In this document: positions 26,041-35,447 of the stretch, in pieces
How positions within the stretch are numbered: position 1 is the stretch's first letter
Layout of the letters: each line of letters starts with the position of its first letter
Origin: Chloroflexota bacterium
GTDB taxonomy: Bacteria; Chloroflexota; UBA11872
DNA: 38,118 nucleotides
NCBI GenBank assembly: GCA_009839425.1
Contig: VXPS01000264.1
Coordinates: forward strand, 1 to 38,118
Direction: 5' to 3'
The notes under the pieces: model-generated
What the model was told of the DNA's origin: nothing
The model's input: the letters and a program-made list of their open reading frames with translations, nothing else
Database searches by the model: none
Translations under genes and position numbers: made by a program

Positions 26041-26823
26041 TCAAGCGCTCTGGCAGGCGGCGATGAATTCCCGTGAGTCGGCCGTGAAGCACCAGCGCTC
26101 CAGGTCGTGCAGCACGGCATCAGTGACCTGCAGACCGTCGTAGGTCTCGCGCGTCTCGATCCCGCTGGTGCAGTCCCGCAGCAGGATCGGCGCGTAGCCG
26201 CGGTTGCGCATGGCGTGAATGCCGTAGTCGCGAAAGCGCACGCAGATGTTGGTGGCGAACCCGACGTACAGCAGGTGCACCAGCCGCAGGTCGCGCAGCG
26301 CGCGCTGAAGCTGCTCGCCGGTGGCGATCACGATGTCGTCCGGCTCCGGCGCGACGGCGTCGTGAATCGTGCGGAACCGGTGCCAGGGCTCCGGCGGCTT
26401 GCCGGCGCTGTCCGGCGGCAGTTCGCCCGGCGCGCGCCGTAGCGACTCATACGGTCCGGTCACGGCGCGATAGGCCGCCGGCGGCCAGCCGTCGTCCGGC
26501 TCCGGCGTCGGATGCAGCTCCTCCACCCCGGCCCAGCGGGACCACTGCGGGTGGGTGGCGGCGATTGCTGGAGACGGGGCGTAAATCGGGGTCACGCCGG
26601 CCGCTCGCGCCGCATCCAGCGCCGGCCGGATACGCTGCACCGTGATGTCGCTGGTGCGCGAACGATGGGACGCGATCGGATGCTCGCCCCAGGTATCCAC
26701 CAGCACCAGGGCCGTCTCCGCCGGATCCAGGTCGGCCCGCAGTTCCGTCGGCACGATGTTGGCCTCCACGTTGTCGTCGGGGCCCGTGCTGTGCATCGCC
26801 TGGTAGCGCAGCGTCAGTTCCAT
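26041..26823 (-). CDS. Isochorismatase-like cysteine hydrolase
   Basis: TALVLVDTW, YVGFATNICV, LLRDCT. Start ATG 26823 after GAGGA. Confidence 0.82.
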   Translation of the reverse strand: MELTLRYQAMHSTGPDDNVEANIVPTELRADLDPAETALVLVDTWGEHPIASHRSRTSDITVQRIRPALDAARAAGVTPIYAPSPAIAATHPQWSRWAGVEELHPTPEPDDGWPPAAYRAVTGPYESLRRAPGELPPDSAGKPPEPWHRFRTIHDAVAPEPDDIVIATGEQLQRALRDLRLVHLLYVGFATNICVRFRDYGIHAMRNRGYAPILLRDCTSGIETRETYDGLQVTDAVLHDLERWCFTADSREFIAACQSA

Positions 26824-27040
26824 GGGGTCAGTCCTCGGACGCGATCGGGGCGAGCATACGCCCGCGGCGCTGTTCGCTTTTTGTTTGGTATACTTGGCAC
26901 CCCTTCGATCCTGCCCAATTGCCAGCCATGAGCGCCCTCTGCAACACGCCCGGCGTCCTCGAAGCTGCGGCCGCTCCTCCTCCTGCCCCGGCGGAGAGCA
27001 ATGGTGTTCGGTGTCAATCCATTCAAGGGGACGCCGTTCT

Positions 27041-27191
27041 TCACCCTCTCCAAGGGGAGAGGCAGACTCGGTCGTCTTCGGCCGAATTCGGTGAGGGGTC
27101 TTCCGGGCAGCCAGCCTCGGGTTATGCAGAGGCCTCCTCTGGGAGATGGCTGGGGTGAGGGTCTTCCGGGCAACTACCTCTGGGCTATGCA
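27041..27191. repeat. Degenerate REP-like palindromic/direct repeat pair
   Basis: Hairpin CCTCTCC/GGAGAGG (27045-27062); direct repeat GGTGAGGG(G)TCTTCCGGGCA...TATGCA at 27090-27128 and 27154-27191. Confidence 0.6.
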
Positions 27192-27201
27192 ACGGTCTCG
27201 C

Positions 27202-28497
27202 ATGAGCGACGCCCCGATCCGCTTCGTCCACCTCGCGGATGTCCACCTGGGCTTCCGCCAGTACGGGCTGGCCGAACGCGCCGCCGACTTCGTCCGCGCC
27301 TTCGACGACGCCGTGGACTACTGCCTGCGGGTCGCGCCGGACTTCGTGGTCATCGCCGGTGACCTGTTCGACTCCAAGTCCATCGAGCCGTCCACCTACG
27401 CCGCCGCCGACATCGCGCTGGAGCGGCTGGCCCGCGCCGGTATCCCGGTGGTGGCCAACGAGGGCAACCACGAGCGCTGGTTCAGGCGCGGCGAACGCTC
27501 CTGGCTCTGGCAACTGAGCCGCCACGGTCGCCTGCGCCTGCTGCGGCAGTTCGACCCGCTGACCGGCCGGCTGCAGGCCCAGCCCTGGACCAGCGACCGC
27601 GGCTTTGGCGCCTACACCGACATCGGCGCGGCCCGAGTCTTCGGCGTTGAGTACCTGGGCGCCCGCTTGGCGGCCCACCTCCCTGAGATTGCCGCCTCGC
27701 TTTCCGCCGTTCCATCGGGAAGCCAGCGGGCCGTGGTTGGCCTACTGCACACCGGCGTGGACGAAGCCGTCCACCTGGGCGTCGGCGGCGTCACGCTGGA
27801 AGATCTGGCCCCCGTCCGGGCCTTCACCGACTACCTGGCGCTCGGCCACGTGCACTACGCCTACCGCCTGCCGGAACACAGTCCGTGGATCTTCAACCCG
27901 GGTGCGCTGGAAGCCCACAACATCCTCGAAGGCCTGGCCAGCGAACCCAGCGAGGGCGAGGGCCGGGCCCGCGGCCTCTACGACGTAACGATTCGCCCCG
28001 GCCACCCAGCGGAGATTGACGGTCGGTTCAGAGATGACGTCGTCGCCCGACGCCCCTTCCGGCGCCTGAGCGTCGACGCCGGCGAGGCCGCGGACTTTAA
28101 CGAGTTGGCGGCCGACGTCGAGGCGGCCGTGTCCGGCCCCCTCGAACTCTTCAGCGAACCGCCCGTTGTCGAACTGCGGCTCACCGGCCGCCTGCGCTTC
28201 GAGCGCATTCACCTGGACACCGAGCGCCTGGCCCAGATCGTCGGCGCGGCCTTCCAGCCGCTGCACGTGCGCGTCACCCTGCAGCTGGCCGGCGACCGGC
28301 GCCGCACCGCCGCCGCCCGCTTCGGAACCAACGTGCGCGCCATTGAGCGCGACGTGCTGGCGCAGCTGATCAAGGAATCGCCTCACGCCGGCGAGGCCGA
28401 AGCGCTGACCGCCGCGGCGCTGGATCTGAAGGCCGCCGCCCTCGAAGGCCAACCCCCCGAGGCGCTGGCGCAACACCTGGAACGGCGGTTGGGCTGA
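27202..28497 (+). CDS. sbcD: SbcD/Mre11 metallophosphoesterase nuclease
   Basis: ADVHLG, AGDLFD, GNHE, LLHT, ALGHVH, NPGA. Start ATG 27202. Confidence 0.92.
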   Translation: MSDAPIRFVHLADVHLGFRQYGLAERAADFVRAFDDAVDYCLRVAPDFVVIAGDLFDSKSIEPSTYAAADIALERLARAGIPVVANEGNHERWFRRGERSWLWQLSRHGRLRLLRQFDPLTGRLQAQPWTSDRGFGAYTDIGAARVFGVEYLGARLAAHLPEIAASLSAVPSGSQRAVVGLLHTGVDEAVHLGVGGVTLEDLAPVRAFTDYLALGHVHYAYRLPEHSPWIFNPGALEAHNILEGLASEPSEGEGRARGLYDVTIRPGHPAEIDGRFRDDVVARRPFRRLSVDAGEAADFNELAADVEAAVSGPLELFSEPPVVELRLTGRLRFERIHLDTERLAQIVGAAFQPLHVRVTLQLAGDRRRTAAARFGTNVRAIERDVLAQLIKESPHAGEAEALTAAALDLKAAALEGQPPEALAQHLERRLG

Positions 28498-28498
28498 C

Positions 28499-31303
28499 GT
28501 GTTCGTCCACGAGGTCGCGCTCCGCAACGTCAAGAGCTTCGTCGAGGCCACGGTGCGGTTCCAGCCCGGCCTTACGGCCATCGTCGGTCCCAACGGCGCC
28601 GGCAAGACCACCCTGCTGGAAGCCATCGGCTACGGCCTCTTCGGCTTCATGCCCCACCGCCCGCAGGTCCGCTTCATGCGCCACGGCTCCACGGAGGCCG
28701 CCGTGCAGGTGGAGTTCACCTCCCCGCGTGACGGCCGCGTCTACCGTGTGGAACGCACCATGCGCCGCGCCCGCTCGCGGGCCACGGAGAAGCTGGCCGA
28801 CAACGCCACGACCACGGTCTCGCTCTTCGACGTCGAGCTGAACCGATCCATCGACCAGCCGGCCGTCGAGCTCGAGGCCTGGCTGGCCGGCCAGCTGGGC
28901 GTGGAAGGCCTCAGCAGTCCGGCCGACGTCTTCGAACACGTCGTCGGCGTGCCTCAGGGTCGCCTCACCGCCGATTTCCTGGACTCGCCCCGCCTGCGCA
29001 AGGCCCGCTTCGATCCCATCCTGCGCACTGCCGAATACCAGCAGGCCGCCGACCTGCTGCGCCGCCTCACCCAGCACTACGCCCAAAGCCGCCACGAGTT
29101 GCAGGTCAAGGCCTCCAACCTGGAAGGCCGCTTGGCCGCCGAACCGGAACTCCTCTCGCGCCTGGCCGCGGCCCAACAGGCGCTGGAACAGACCCGCGCG
29201 GAGGAAGCGCGGGCGGCGGTGGAACTGGACGCGGCCAGCAAGAACCTGGCCGCGCAGGACGCCCAGCGCGAGGCCTTTGTAGCGGCCGAGCGGGAACATG
29301 CGGCAGTCGCTGAACACGCCAGCCAGGCTGCCGGCCAGGTCGAGCGCGTGGTCGCGGCCGAACTGGAGGCCCGCCGCGCGGCGACGGTGGTGGAGGAAGC
29401 TCGTGCGGCGCATACGGCCTACCAGGCGGCGCAGGCCCGCGCGTCTGAACTCCAGCCCGTCGATTACCGCGCGCGCGACCTGGACCTGGAACGCACCCGG
29501 TGGACCGCACGGTTGGAACGCGCACAGGAGGACCTCGCGGAGGCGCGCCTGGAGGCCGGCCCGCAGGTGCAAGCGTCGGTGGCCGCCGATCCCGACGGCG
29601 ATCTCGAAGCCAGCTTCCGCCGGCTTCGGACCGAGTTCCGACAGCGAACCGCCGAGTCAAGAGCGCGCAAGGCGGCCGCTGGCGTCTCGCTGCGCCAGGC
29701 CCTCGAAGACACCCTCGCCCTGCACACCCGCTGGATGCGCGAACGCGAGACAGTCGTCCAGGCCTACGACGACGGGGGCCGCCGGCTGAAGCTGCTGGAA
29801 GCGCGGGCGACGGTGGCCGCTGAACTAGCGGACCGGCGCACACGGCTGCACGCGCGGCGCGAGGAGCACGCACGCGAAGCGGCCCTTCTGGAAGCCGACC
29901 GCCACGCTCAGCGCCTGCTCACCGACACCCGCACCTGCCCGTTTTTCATGGACGTCTGCCGCAACCTCGATGCCATCCCCGATGTGGCCGGGGTATTCCG
30001 GCGCCAGGCCGCCGAGCGCGAGCAGCGGCTGGCAGCGCTCCGTGCGGCAATTGCGCAGGCCGAGCGGGAGGTTGCCGACGCCGAGCAGGCTGAAACCGAA
30101 GCCCGCGAGGCCGACGTGGTCCGCGAACGCCAGGCCGGGCTGCATCAGCGCCTGGCTTCGGCCGATGTGGACATTGCGGCCGCCACCGCCCTGCTGGACG
30201 CTCTGGAAACCCGCAACGCGGGCGACCTGGCGGCGCTGGCCAACGGCCGGGAGCCCGCGTCGAGTGCACAGGAGACGTTGGTCCAGTCTGCCCAGCGCGC
30301 CGTGGACGCCCTCGCGGAACAGGCCGCAACCGAAGATCCCGCCGTCAGGACCGCCGGAGCCGACCTGCTTGCGATCGCCGAGCACCGCCGCGAGGCGGCT
30401 GCGGCTGCTCTCCAGGCAACCGACCGCCAGCTGCAGACCCTCCAGGGCGATCTCAATGCGCTGGCCGCGGCGCACGCCGCTCTCAACGAGCACGCCGACG
30501 CGCACGACCGATACCTCAAGCACGAGGTCGTGGCGGGGCAACTCGAGGCGCGCGGCGCCGAGCTTGCAACCGCCCGGCAACTGGCCGCCCGGGCCGAAGC
30601 TGCGGTGGACGGCGCCGATACGGCCCTACGGGAATCGCGCGCCAACTTCGATCCTGCCGCGCTGGCCACGGTGCTCAAGGCCCGCGACGCCGCGCTCGGC
30701 CTGGTTCGCCAGTTGGCCGAGCGAGCCACCCGCATGCAGGCCGACCAGGAACGCCTCGCCTCCGACGTGGAGGCCCTGCGTCAGGTGCGCGCGGACCTGG
30801 AAGCCGCGCAGGCCGGGATCGCCCGCGTCACTCGGCTCGAGGACCGCACCGAGTTCATCCGCCGCCTGCTGCGCGACGCTGGTCCCAAGGTCACCGAAAT
30901 CCTGCTGGCCAGCGTGTCCGACAGCGCCGACGAGATCTACAGCGACATCATGGGCGCGCCCGGCGGCCGCCTCCGCTGGGCGGCCGACTACGACATCGTG
31001 CTCGGCCGCGGCGGCCTGGAGCGGCGCTTCGGCCAGTTGTCCGGCGGCGAGCAAATGGCCGCCGCCCTGGCCGTCCGCCTGGCCCTGCTCCGCGACCTGC
31101 TGAACCTCGACATCGCGTTCTTCGACGAACCCACCCAGCACCTGGACGCCGAACGCCGCGAAAACTTGGCCCAGCAAATCCTCGCCGTCCGCGGCTTCAG
31201 CCAGCTCGTCGTCATCTCCCACGACGACACCTTCGAACGCCACATCGACAACATCCTCCGGGTCACCCACACCGGCCAGGCCAGCACCGTCGAAGTTGGC
31301 TAG
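28499..31303 (+). CDS. sbcC: SbcC/Rad50 SMC-like ATPase
   Basis: Walker A GPNGAGKTT, Q-loop VPQG, coiled coils, central CPFFMDVC, LSGGE, FFDEPTQHLD, ISHD. Confidence 0.93.
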   Translation: MFVHEVALRNVKSFVEATVRFQPGLTAIVGPNGAGKTTLLEAIGYGLFGFMPHRPQVRFMRHGSTEAAVQVEFTSPRDGRVYRVERTMRRARSRATEKLADNATTTVSLFDVELNRSIDQPAVELEAWLAGQLGVEGLSSPADVFEHVVGVPQGRLTADFLDSPRLRKARFDPILRTAEYQQAADLLRRLTQHYAQSRHELQVKASNLEGRLAAEPELLSRLAAAQQALEQTRAEEARAAVELDAASKNLAAQDAQREAFVAAEREHAAVAEHASQAAGQVERVVAAELEARRAATVVEEARAAHTAYQAAQARASELQPVDYRARDLDLERTRWTARLERAQEDLAEARLEAGPQVQASVAADPDGDLEASFRRLRTEFRQRTAESRARKAAAGVSLRQALEDTLALHTRWMRERETVVQAYDDGGRRLKLLEARATVAAELADRRTRLHARREEHAREAALLEADRHAQRLLTDTRTCPFFMDVCRNLDAIPDVAGVFRRQAAEREQRLAALRAAIAQAEREVADAEQAETEAREADVVRERQAGLHQRLASADVDIAAATALLDALETRNAGDLAALANGREPASSAQETLVQSAQRAVDALAEQAATEDPAVRTAGADLLAIAEHRREAAAAALQATDRQLQTLQGDLNALAAAHAALNEHADAHDRYLKHEVVAGQLEARGAELATARQLAARAEAAVDGADTALRESRANFDPAALATVLKARDAALGLVRQLAERATRMQADQERLASDVEALRQVRADLEAAQAGIARVTRLEDRTEFIRRLLRDAGPKVTEILLASVSDSADEIYSDIMGAPGGRLRWAADYDIVLGRGGLERRFGQLSGGEQMAAALAVRLALLRDLLNLDIAFFDEPTQHLDAERRENLAQQILAVRGFSQLVVISHDDTFERHIDNILRVTHTGQASTVEVG

Positions 31304-31347
31304 GCCCGGAAACCGAAATCTGGCCCCGGGCGGCCTGCATCGGGATA

Positions 31348-31569
31348 TCAGCGAAGCAGCTGCAGGAACTCCTCTCGCGTCAGGCCTGAGTCACGAATCA
31401 GCGCCCGCAGAAGACCTCGACGAAGTTCCCTATGCCTGGGGACCGAGAGTCTGCGGCCCGCCGGTCCGATAAGGATCATGTGGCTACCTTGGGTTCGGTC
31501 CCGGACATAGCCGATCCTCGCGACCGCTCTGACGAATTCGTCGCCTGAGATGACCGGAAGTCGCGGCAC
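31348..31569 (-). CDS. hicA: HicA family toxin
   Basis: RTQGSHMIL, SVPRHRELRRGLLRALIRDSGLTREEF; start overlaps the hicB stop. Confidence 0.92.
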   Translation of the reverse strand: MPRLPVISGDEFVRAVARIGYVRDRTQGSHMILIGPAGRRLSVPRHRELRRGLLRALIRDSGLTREEFLQLLR

Positions 31570-32138
31570 TAGACAGGTACCTCAAGCACCTGGAACGTAG
31601 ACGAGGACGGCAAGGGCTCTCCGTGTTCCCGCATGCTCGCCAGATAGCCTCGGATCGCTTCGCGGATGTTCGCCAGAGCCTCGTCCCTCGTCCGCCCTTG
31701 ACTGTGACACCCGGGGAGCGTCGGGCAGCTCGCCACCTCCCAACCGTCCTCGTCGGTCTCGAAGAGCACCAGAAGGTTCAGAACTTGCTCGGCGTCGTCG
31801 CCTGAGTCAACGATTACAGGTGCCTCTGGGGGAGACTCGTTGCCCTGCAACCCTGCGGTTGGCGCACGCGGAGGGCGTCCATAGACAGTTGCGTCCGATC
31901 GTTCTGAGATCTCAAACCCCAGCCTGCTGAGGATTCGGTAGGCGTACTGCGCCGTGAACACGGGTGACGCCAGGCCAGTGACCAACTGGATGACTTGCTT
32001 GATTGGGTACTGTCGCCCGTGCAGCGCGACAAAGTACTTGTTCCGACCGTCGGTCGCGCTGGGCTGAACTCTCCGCGTTGCGCTCATGATGTCCTCAGGC
32101 TCGATCGCGTACGAGGCGCCTCTGATTTGAAATTCCAT
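31569..32138 (-). CDS. hicB: HicB-like antitoxin with an extra N-terminal domain
   Basis: C-terminal DEDGWEVASCPTLPGCHSQGRTRDEALANIREAI...HGEPLP; N-terminal ~77-aa domain ending LSRLGFEI. Start ATG 32138. Confidence 0.85.
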   Translation of the reverse strand: MEFQIRGASYAIEPEDIMSATRRVQPSATDGRNKYFVALHGRQYPIKQVIQLVTGLASPVFTAQYAYRILSRLGFEISERSDATVYGRPPRAPTAGLQGNESPPEAPVIVDSGDDAEQVLNLLVLFETDEDGWEVASCPTLPGCHSQGRTRDEALANIREAIRGYLASMREHGEPLPSSSTFQVLEVPV

Positions 32139-32163
32139 GGCAACACTCTTTCTGGTTGATTCT

Positions 32164-32210
32164 GATATCGATATCGATACTATCGTGAGGTGCGGGACAC
32201 GGATTGTCAA
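32164..32210 (-). promoter_or_regulatory. hicBA promoter and candidate operator
   Basis: TTGACA (32210-32205), 17 nt, CACGAT; then tandem GATATC-GATATC-GATA containing the palindrome TATCGATATCGATA (32166-32179). Confidence 0.6.
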
Positions 32211-32323
32211 GCGGCTCGCCTGACTGATGTGGCCCAAGCTGCGCGCAGCCTGGGACCCGCCCCGGGACGCACCTAAACTCGACTCCCCCGCCCCGGCTGC
32301 CCGCGCAGGATCAAACTCCCGTC

Positions 32324-32545
32324 ATGAAACGGAAGCTCACAATCACCGTCGACAATGCGCTGGTCGAGGAGGCCAAGCGCTTCGCCCGCTCGCGCGGCCT
32401 CTCCCTCTCGTCCCTGATCGAAACTTCACTCCGGGACACCCTTGCAGACGACACTCCCACCGTCGCCGAGCAGTGGAGGGGAAAGTTCCGGGCGGCCGAG
32501 CGTGACGACCCGCGCTACGAGGCGCTGGCCCGCAAATACCTCTAG
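32324..32545 (+). CDS. RHH antitoxin-like protein (DUF6364-like), no partner toxin
   Basis: MKRKLTITVD...AKRFARSRGLSLSSLIE...RYEALARKYL. Confidence 0.8.
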   Translation: MKRKLTITVDNALVEEAKRFARSRGLSLSSLIETSLRDTLADDTPTVAEQWRGKFRAAERDDPRYEALARKYL

Positions 32546-32850
32546 GGACCGTCCGAAGGCTGCCGAGTGGCCGACACCCGCAGCCCCAACCCCAACGCCT
32601 GCATGACCTTCAGCACGGTGGCGAGCTCCGGGTTGCCGTTGGGTGACAGAGCCTTGTAGAGGCTTTCCCGACCCAGGCCCGCGTCCGCGGCGACCTTCGT
32701 CATGCCTCGAGCCCTGGCGATGTCCCCCAGGGCGGCTGCGATCAGCGCCGGGTCCCCGTCCTCGAAGGCCGCCTCGAGGTAGGCGACGATATCCTCGTCG
32801 CTTTCCAGGTGATCCGCCGCGTCCCATGGACGGGTCTGCGTTGTGGTCAA
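32542..32850 (-). CDS. Addiction-module antidote protein (HI1420-like HTH), no partner toxin
   Basis: WDAADHL, ALGDIARARGMTKVAADAGLGRESLYKALSPNGNP. Confidence 0.9.
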   Translation of the reverse strand: MTTTQTRPWDAADHLESDEDIVAYLEAAFEDGDPALIAAALGDIARARGMTKVAADAGLGRESLYKALSPNGNPELATVLKVMQALGLGLRVSATRQPSDGP

Positions 32851-32860
32851 GTGGGCTCCT

Positions 32861-33955
32861 TCAAGGGCTCTCGGAAGCTGCCACTTCCCGCCACGCCGCC
32901 GCCAAATGCTCCTGCACCTTCACCGGCAGCCCCGTCTTGCTGCTCTCGATCGCGGCGGTCACCAGCGCCACCGACTGCAGGTTGTCGACCACATTCGTCT
33001 CCATCGGCTCGCCGCCCTCCAGCCAGCGCACGAACTTCTCGATCAACCACGCGTGGCCCCAGAACGGCTGCTCCAGCCAGGGAACGGTGTGGCCGTCGCC
33101 CTCGGCCTTGATGCGAGCATTGCGCGTCGGGTCGAACGGGAAGCACTCCAGGCGGTCCGATCCGAGGACCAGCGTCGCCCCTTCGCACTCCGCGCGCGTG
33201 TTCTCGCGGCCCCAGCCGTCCATCCCCACGGCGTTCACCTTGGAGCCCTCGTAGGTGGCCCGCACGCCGTTCTCAAACTCCATCGTCACCAGCGCCTGTG
33301 AGTCGCCGGCAAATGCGCTCCAGGCGGGATTCCAGGTCCGCGCGTAGATGGTGTCGCACTTCGCGCCGGCCAGGTCGGCCAGGATGTCCAGGTGGTGCAC
33401 CGACCCTTCCACCAGCAGCGGATCCTCCATCTCGTAGCGGAACCCGAGTCCCCAGGCTCCCAGCTGCCGCGCCTCCTGGGTGAACCGGAACACCAGGTAG
33501 TTCAAGTCGCCGTAACGACCCGACCGCACGCTCTCGCGCATCGTCGTCTTGTACTGGTTGAAGCGATGACTCATCGTCACCGCCATTTTTCTGCCGGCCT
33601 TCGTCGCCTTGTCGGCAATCCGCACCGACGCCACCAGCGTGTCCGCGATCGGCTTCTCCGACAGGATGTGCATGTCGTGGGCTACCGCCTGGTCAACGAC
33701 CTCCTCGTGCGAGTACGGCGGTACGACCACCGTGCAGAAGTCCGCCGGATTCTCGTCGAAGGCCCGCTGGATGTCCGTGTAGCACTGCGCCTCACCTAGT
33801 CCCAGGTGCTCCCGGGCGTTCCCCAGCACCTCGGGGTTCGTATCCACCGCGGCCACCACCTCGATCAGCCCCGCCGCAACGTGCGGTGGCAGGAAGTCCC
33901 GGCACCACGTCGCCCCCATCCCGCCGGTCCCAACCTGGATCATCTTCAAGGCCAT
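32861..33955 (-). CDS. Gfo/Idh/MocA family oxidoreductase
   Basis: IQVGTGGMG, VVVPPYSH, LSEKPIA, EGSVHHLD. Confidence 0.92.
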   Translation of the reverse strand: MALKMIQVGTGGMGATWCRDFLPPHVAAGLIEVVAAVDTNPEVLGNAREHLGLGEAQCYTDIQRAFDENPADFCTVVVPPYSHEEVVDQAVAHDMHILSEKPIADTLVASVRIADKATKAGRKMAVTMSHRFNQYKTTMRESVRSGRYGDLNYLVFRFTQEARQLGAWGLGFRYEMEDPLLVEGSVHHLDILADLAGAKCDTIYARTWNPAWSAFAGDSQALVTMEFENGVRATYEGSKVNAVGMDGWGRENTRAECEGATLVLGSDRLECFPFDPTRNARIKAEGDGHTVPWLEQPFWGHAWLIEKFVRWLEGGEPMETNVVDNLQSVALVTAAIESSKTGLPVKVQEHLAAAWREVAASESP

Positions 33956-34049
33956 TGCCGCTTCTCCAGTGCGTATTCGGCCGGCGAAACGCTCGCGCCA
34001 GTCACTGCCTCAGACGCCACGATAGTCGGCCAACCTGGCACGCAGCCTG

Positions 34050-35447
34050 CTACCAGGCCTCGTTCTCCGGCCGCAGCGCTTCGAACTGGTGATACACCGG
34101 CGTTTCACCCGGCTCCGTCACGAACACCGAGTACGCGGAAGCCCGCCTCCCCGTCAGTCGAATCCGCGTCGGCTGGCCAATCGGTGCTTCGGCCTGCCCC
34201 GCACCTCGCCACTCCACTCGGTGCGCCGTCCCGTCCCCATTGATCGGCCGGCAGTCCCCCGCCGTGAATCCCGCCAGCGGCCGCGCCTCCGCGTCCTGCA
34301 ACTCCGCCCGAATCTCCCCATCCGCAGCCGTCCGCGCGTTGACGAACACGTCCACCGACGGCGCCTTGAACGCAATCGTCCCCAGCTCCGCCGGCGCCTC
34401 GCCCGCCCGCAGCGCCACGAACCGATCCGGTTTCAGCCGCGCCATGCCCAGCCCGGCCTCCTGCGGCTCCAGCTCCCAGTGCCGCGAGTGCCGCACGTTC
34501 GTCCCCGCGTAGTAGTAGCGAATCTCATCGTCCAGAAACACCGGCTGCGAGGCCGCCTGCAAATTCCCGCAATCCCACTCGCCGGGGGCGCCGTTCCGAA
34601 TGAACGCCGTCCCCGGCTCGGCCCGGTGCCACGCCGTCCCCACCCGCGCATAGGTCAGCTCCGGCGTCTGCAGCCCATGAGGCTTGCCCGATTCCCGGTC
34701 CTCGGGATCGGTCGCATAGATCCACAGCGTGCCCAGTTCGTACGACCCATAGGCGCAGGCGCCCAACCCGTAGAACTGCGTCTGCGGCGGATCCCCCGCA
34801 TCCGGCTCCAGCACCATCCGCGGCTCGCCCGACCAGTGCGCAAAGTCCCACGACTCGCTACGAAACACCCGTCGCCCATACCCCGCCATCCGGTGATATG
34901 CCGCAAACCGCCCGTCCGGGGCTCGCAGAAAGCCGATCGGGCAGTCCGGCGCCGTCGCAATCACCGGCTGCACCCGGCCGCCAAACATCCGCGCCGATTC
35001 CCAGCGCATCCCGTCCGCGCTATGAAACGCCGACACGCAGCCCGACGGCGCCGCCCCCGTCAGCAGCTTGAACCGGTATTCCGGCCGCGGATCCTCCCGG
35101 TCCTCGATCACCGCGGACCCCAGCGGCTCCCCGTCGAACACGATATTGGTCGGCTGCCGACCGTCCCTGAACACATCCAGTTCCGGCTTGTGCCAGCGCA
35201 GTCCGTCGTCGCTCTCCGCGTATGCCAGCCGCACGCGCCAGGGCGCCTCCACCACCTCGTACCAGGCCCGAAACCGCCCATCCGCCCCCCGCAGCACGCT
35301 CCCGAACATCTGCATGTTCCCGTGCTCCCACGGCAACTCCGGCCGCAGCAACGGCGCCCCCGCATCCTTCACCGGCGACTCCACCGCCCGCGCAAACCCC
35401 TCCACGTACTCCAACTCGCGGTAGTCAAAAAACAGCAGCTTCTTCAT
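34050..35447 (-). CDS. Five-bladed beta-propeller, GH32-like protein
   Basis: YAESDDGLRWHKP, SADGMRW, SESWDFAHWS Asp-box-like motifs, QFYG, IRYYYAG, C-terminal beta-sandwich. Start ATG 35447 after AGGAG. Confidence 0.7.
   Translation of the reverse strand: MKKLLFFDYRELEYVEGFARAVESPVKDAGAPLLRPELPWEHGNMQMFGSVLRGADGRFRAWYEVVEAPWRVRLAYAESDDGLRWHKPELDVFRDGRQPTNIVFDGEPLGSAVIEDREDPRPEYRFKLLTGAAPSGCVSAFHSADGMRWESARMFGGRVQPVIATAPDCPIGFLRAPDGRFAAYHRMAGYGRRVFRSESWDFAHWSGEPRMVLEPDAGDPPQTQFYGLGACAYGSYELGTLWIYATDPEDRESGKPHGLQTPELTYARVGTAWHRAEPGTAFIRNGAPGEWDCGNLQAASQPVFLDDEIRYYYAGTNVRHSRHWELEPQEAGLGMARLKPDRFVALRAGEAPAELGTIAFKAPSVDVFVNARTAADGEIRAELQDAEARPLAGFTAGDCRPINGDGTAHRVEWRGAGQAEAPIGQPTRIRLTGRRASAYSVFVTEPGETPVYHQFEALRPENEAW

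Noticed and set aside
26824-27678. Long N-terminal extension of the isochorismatase ORF, and of sbcD from 27001
   Set aside because: Read-through across a repeat-containing intergenic region and the antisense strand of sbcD.
27202-31303. Nuclease plus SMC ATPase as a novel defence system (Wadjet/Lamassu-like)
   Set aside because: Motifs and gene order match housekeeping sbcDC; no kleisin, KITE or effector genes are adjacent.
31304-32860. TA cluster as an integrated mobile element
   Set aside because: No integrase, transposase, terminal repeats or att duplication seen.
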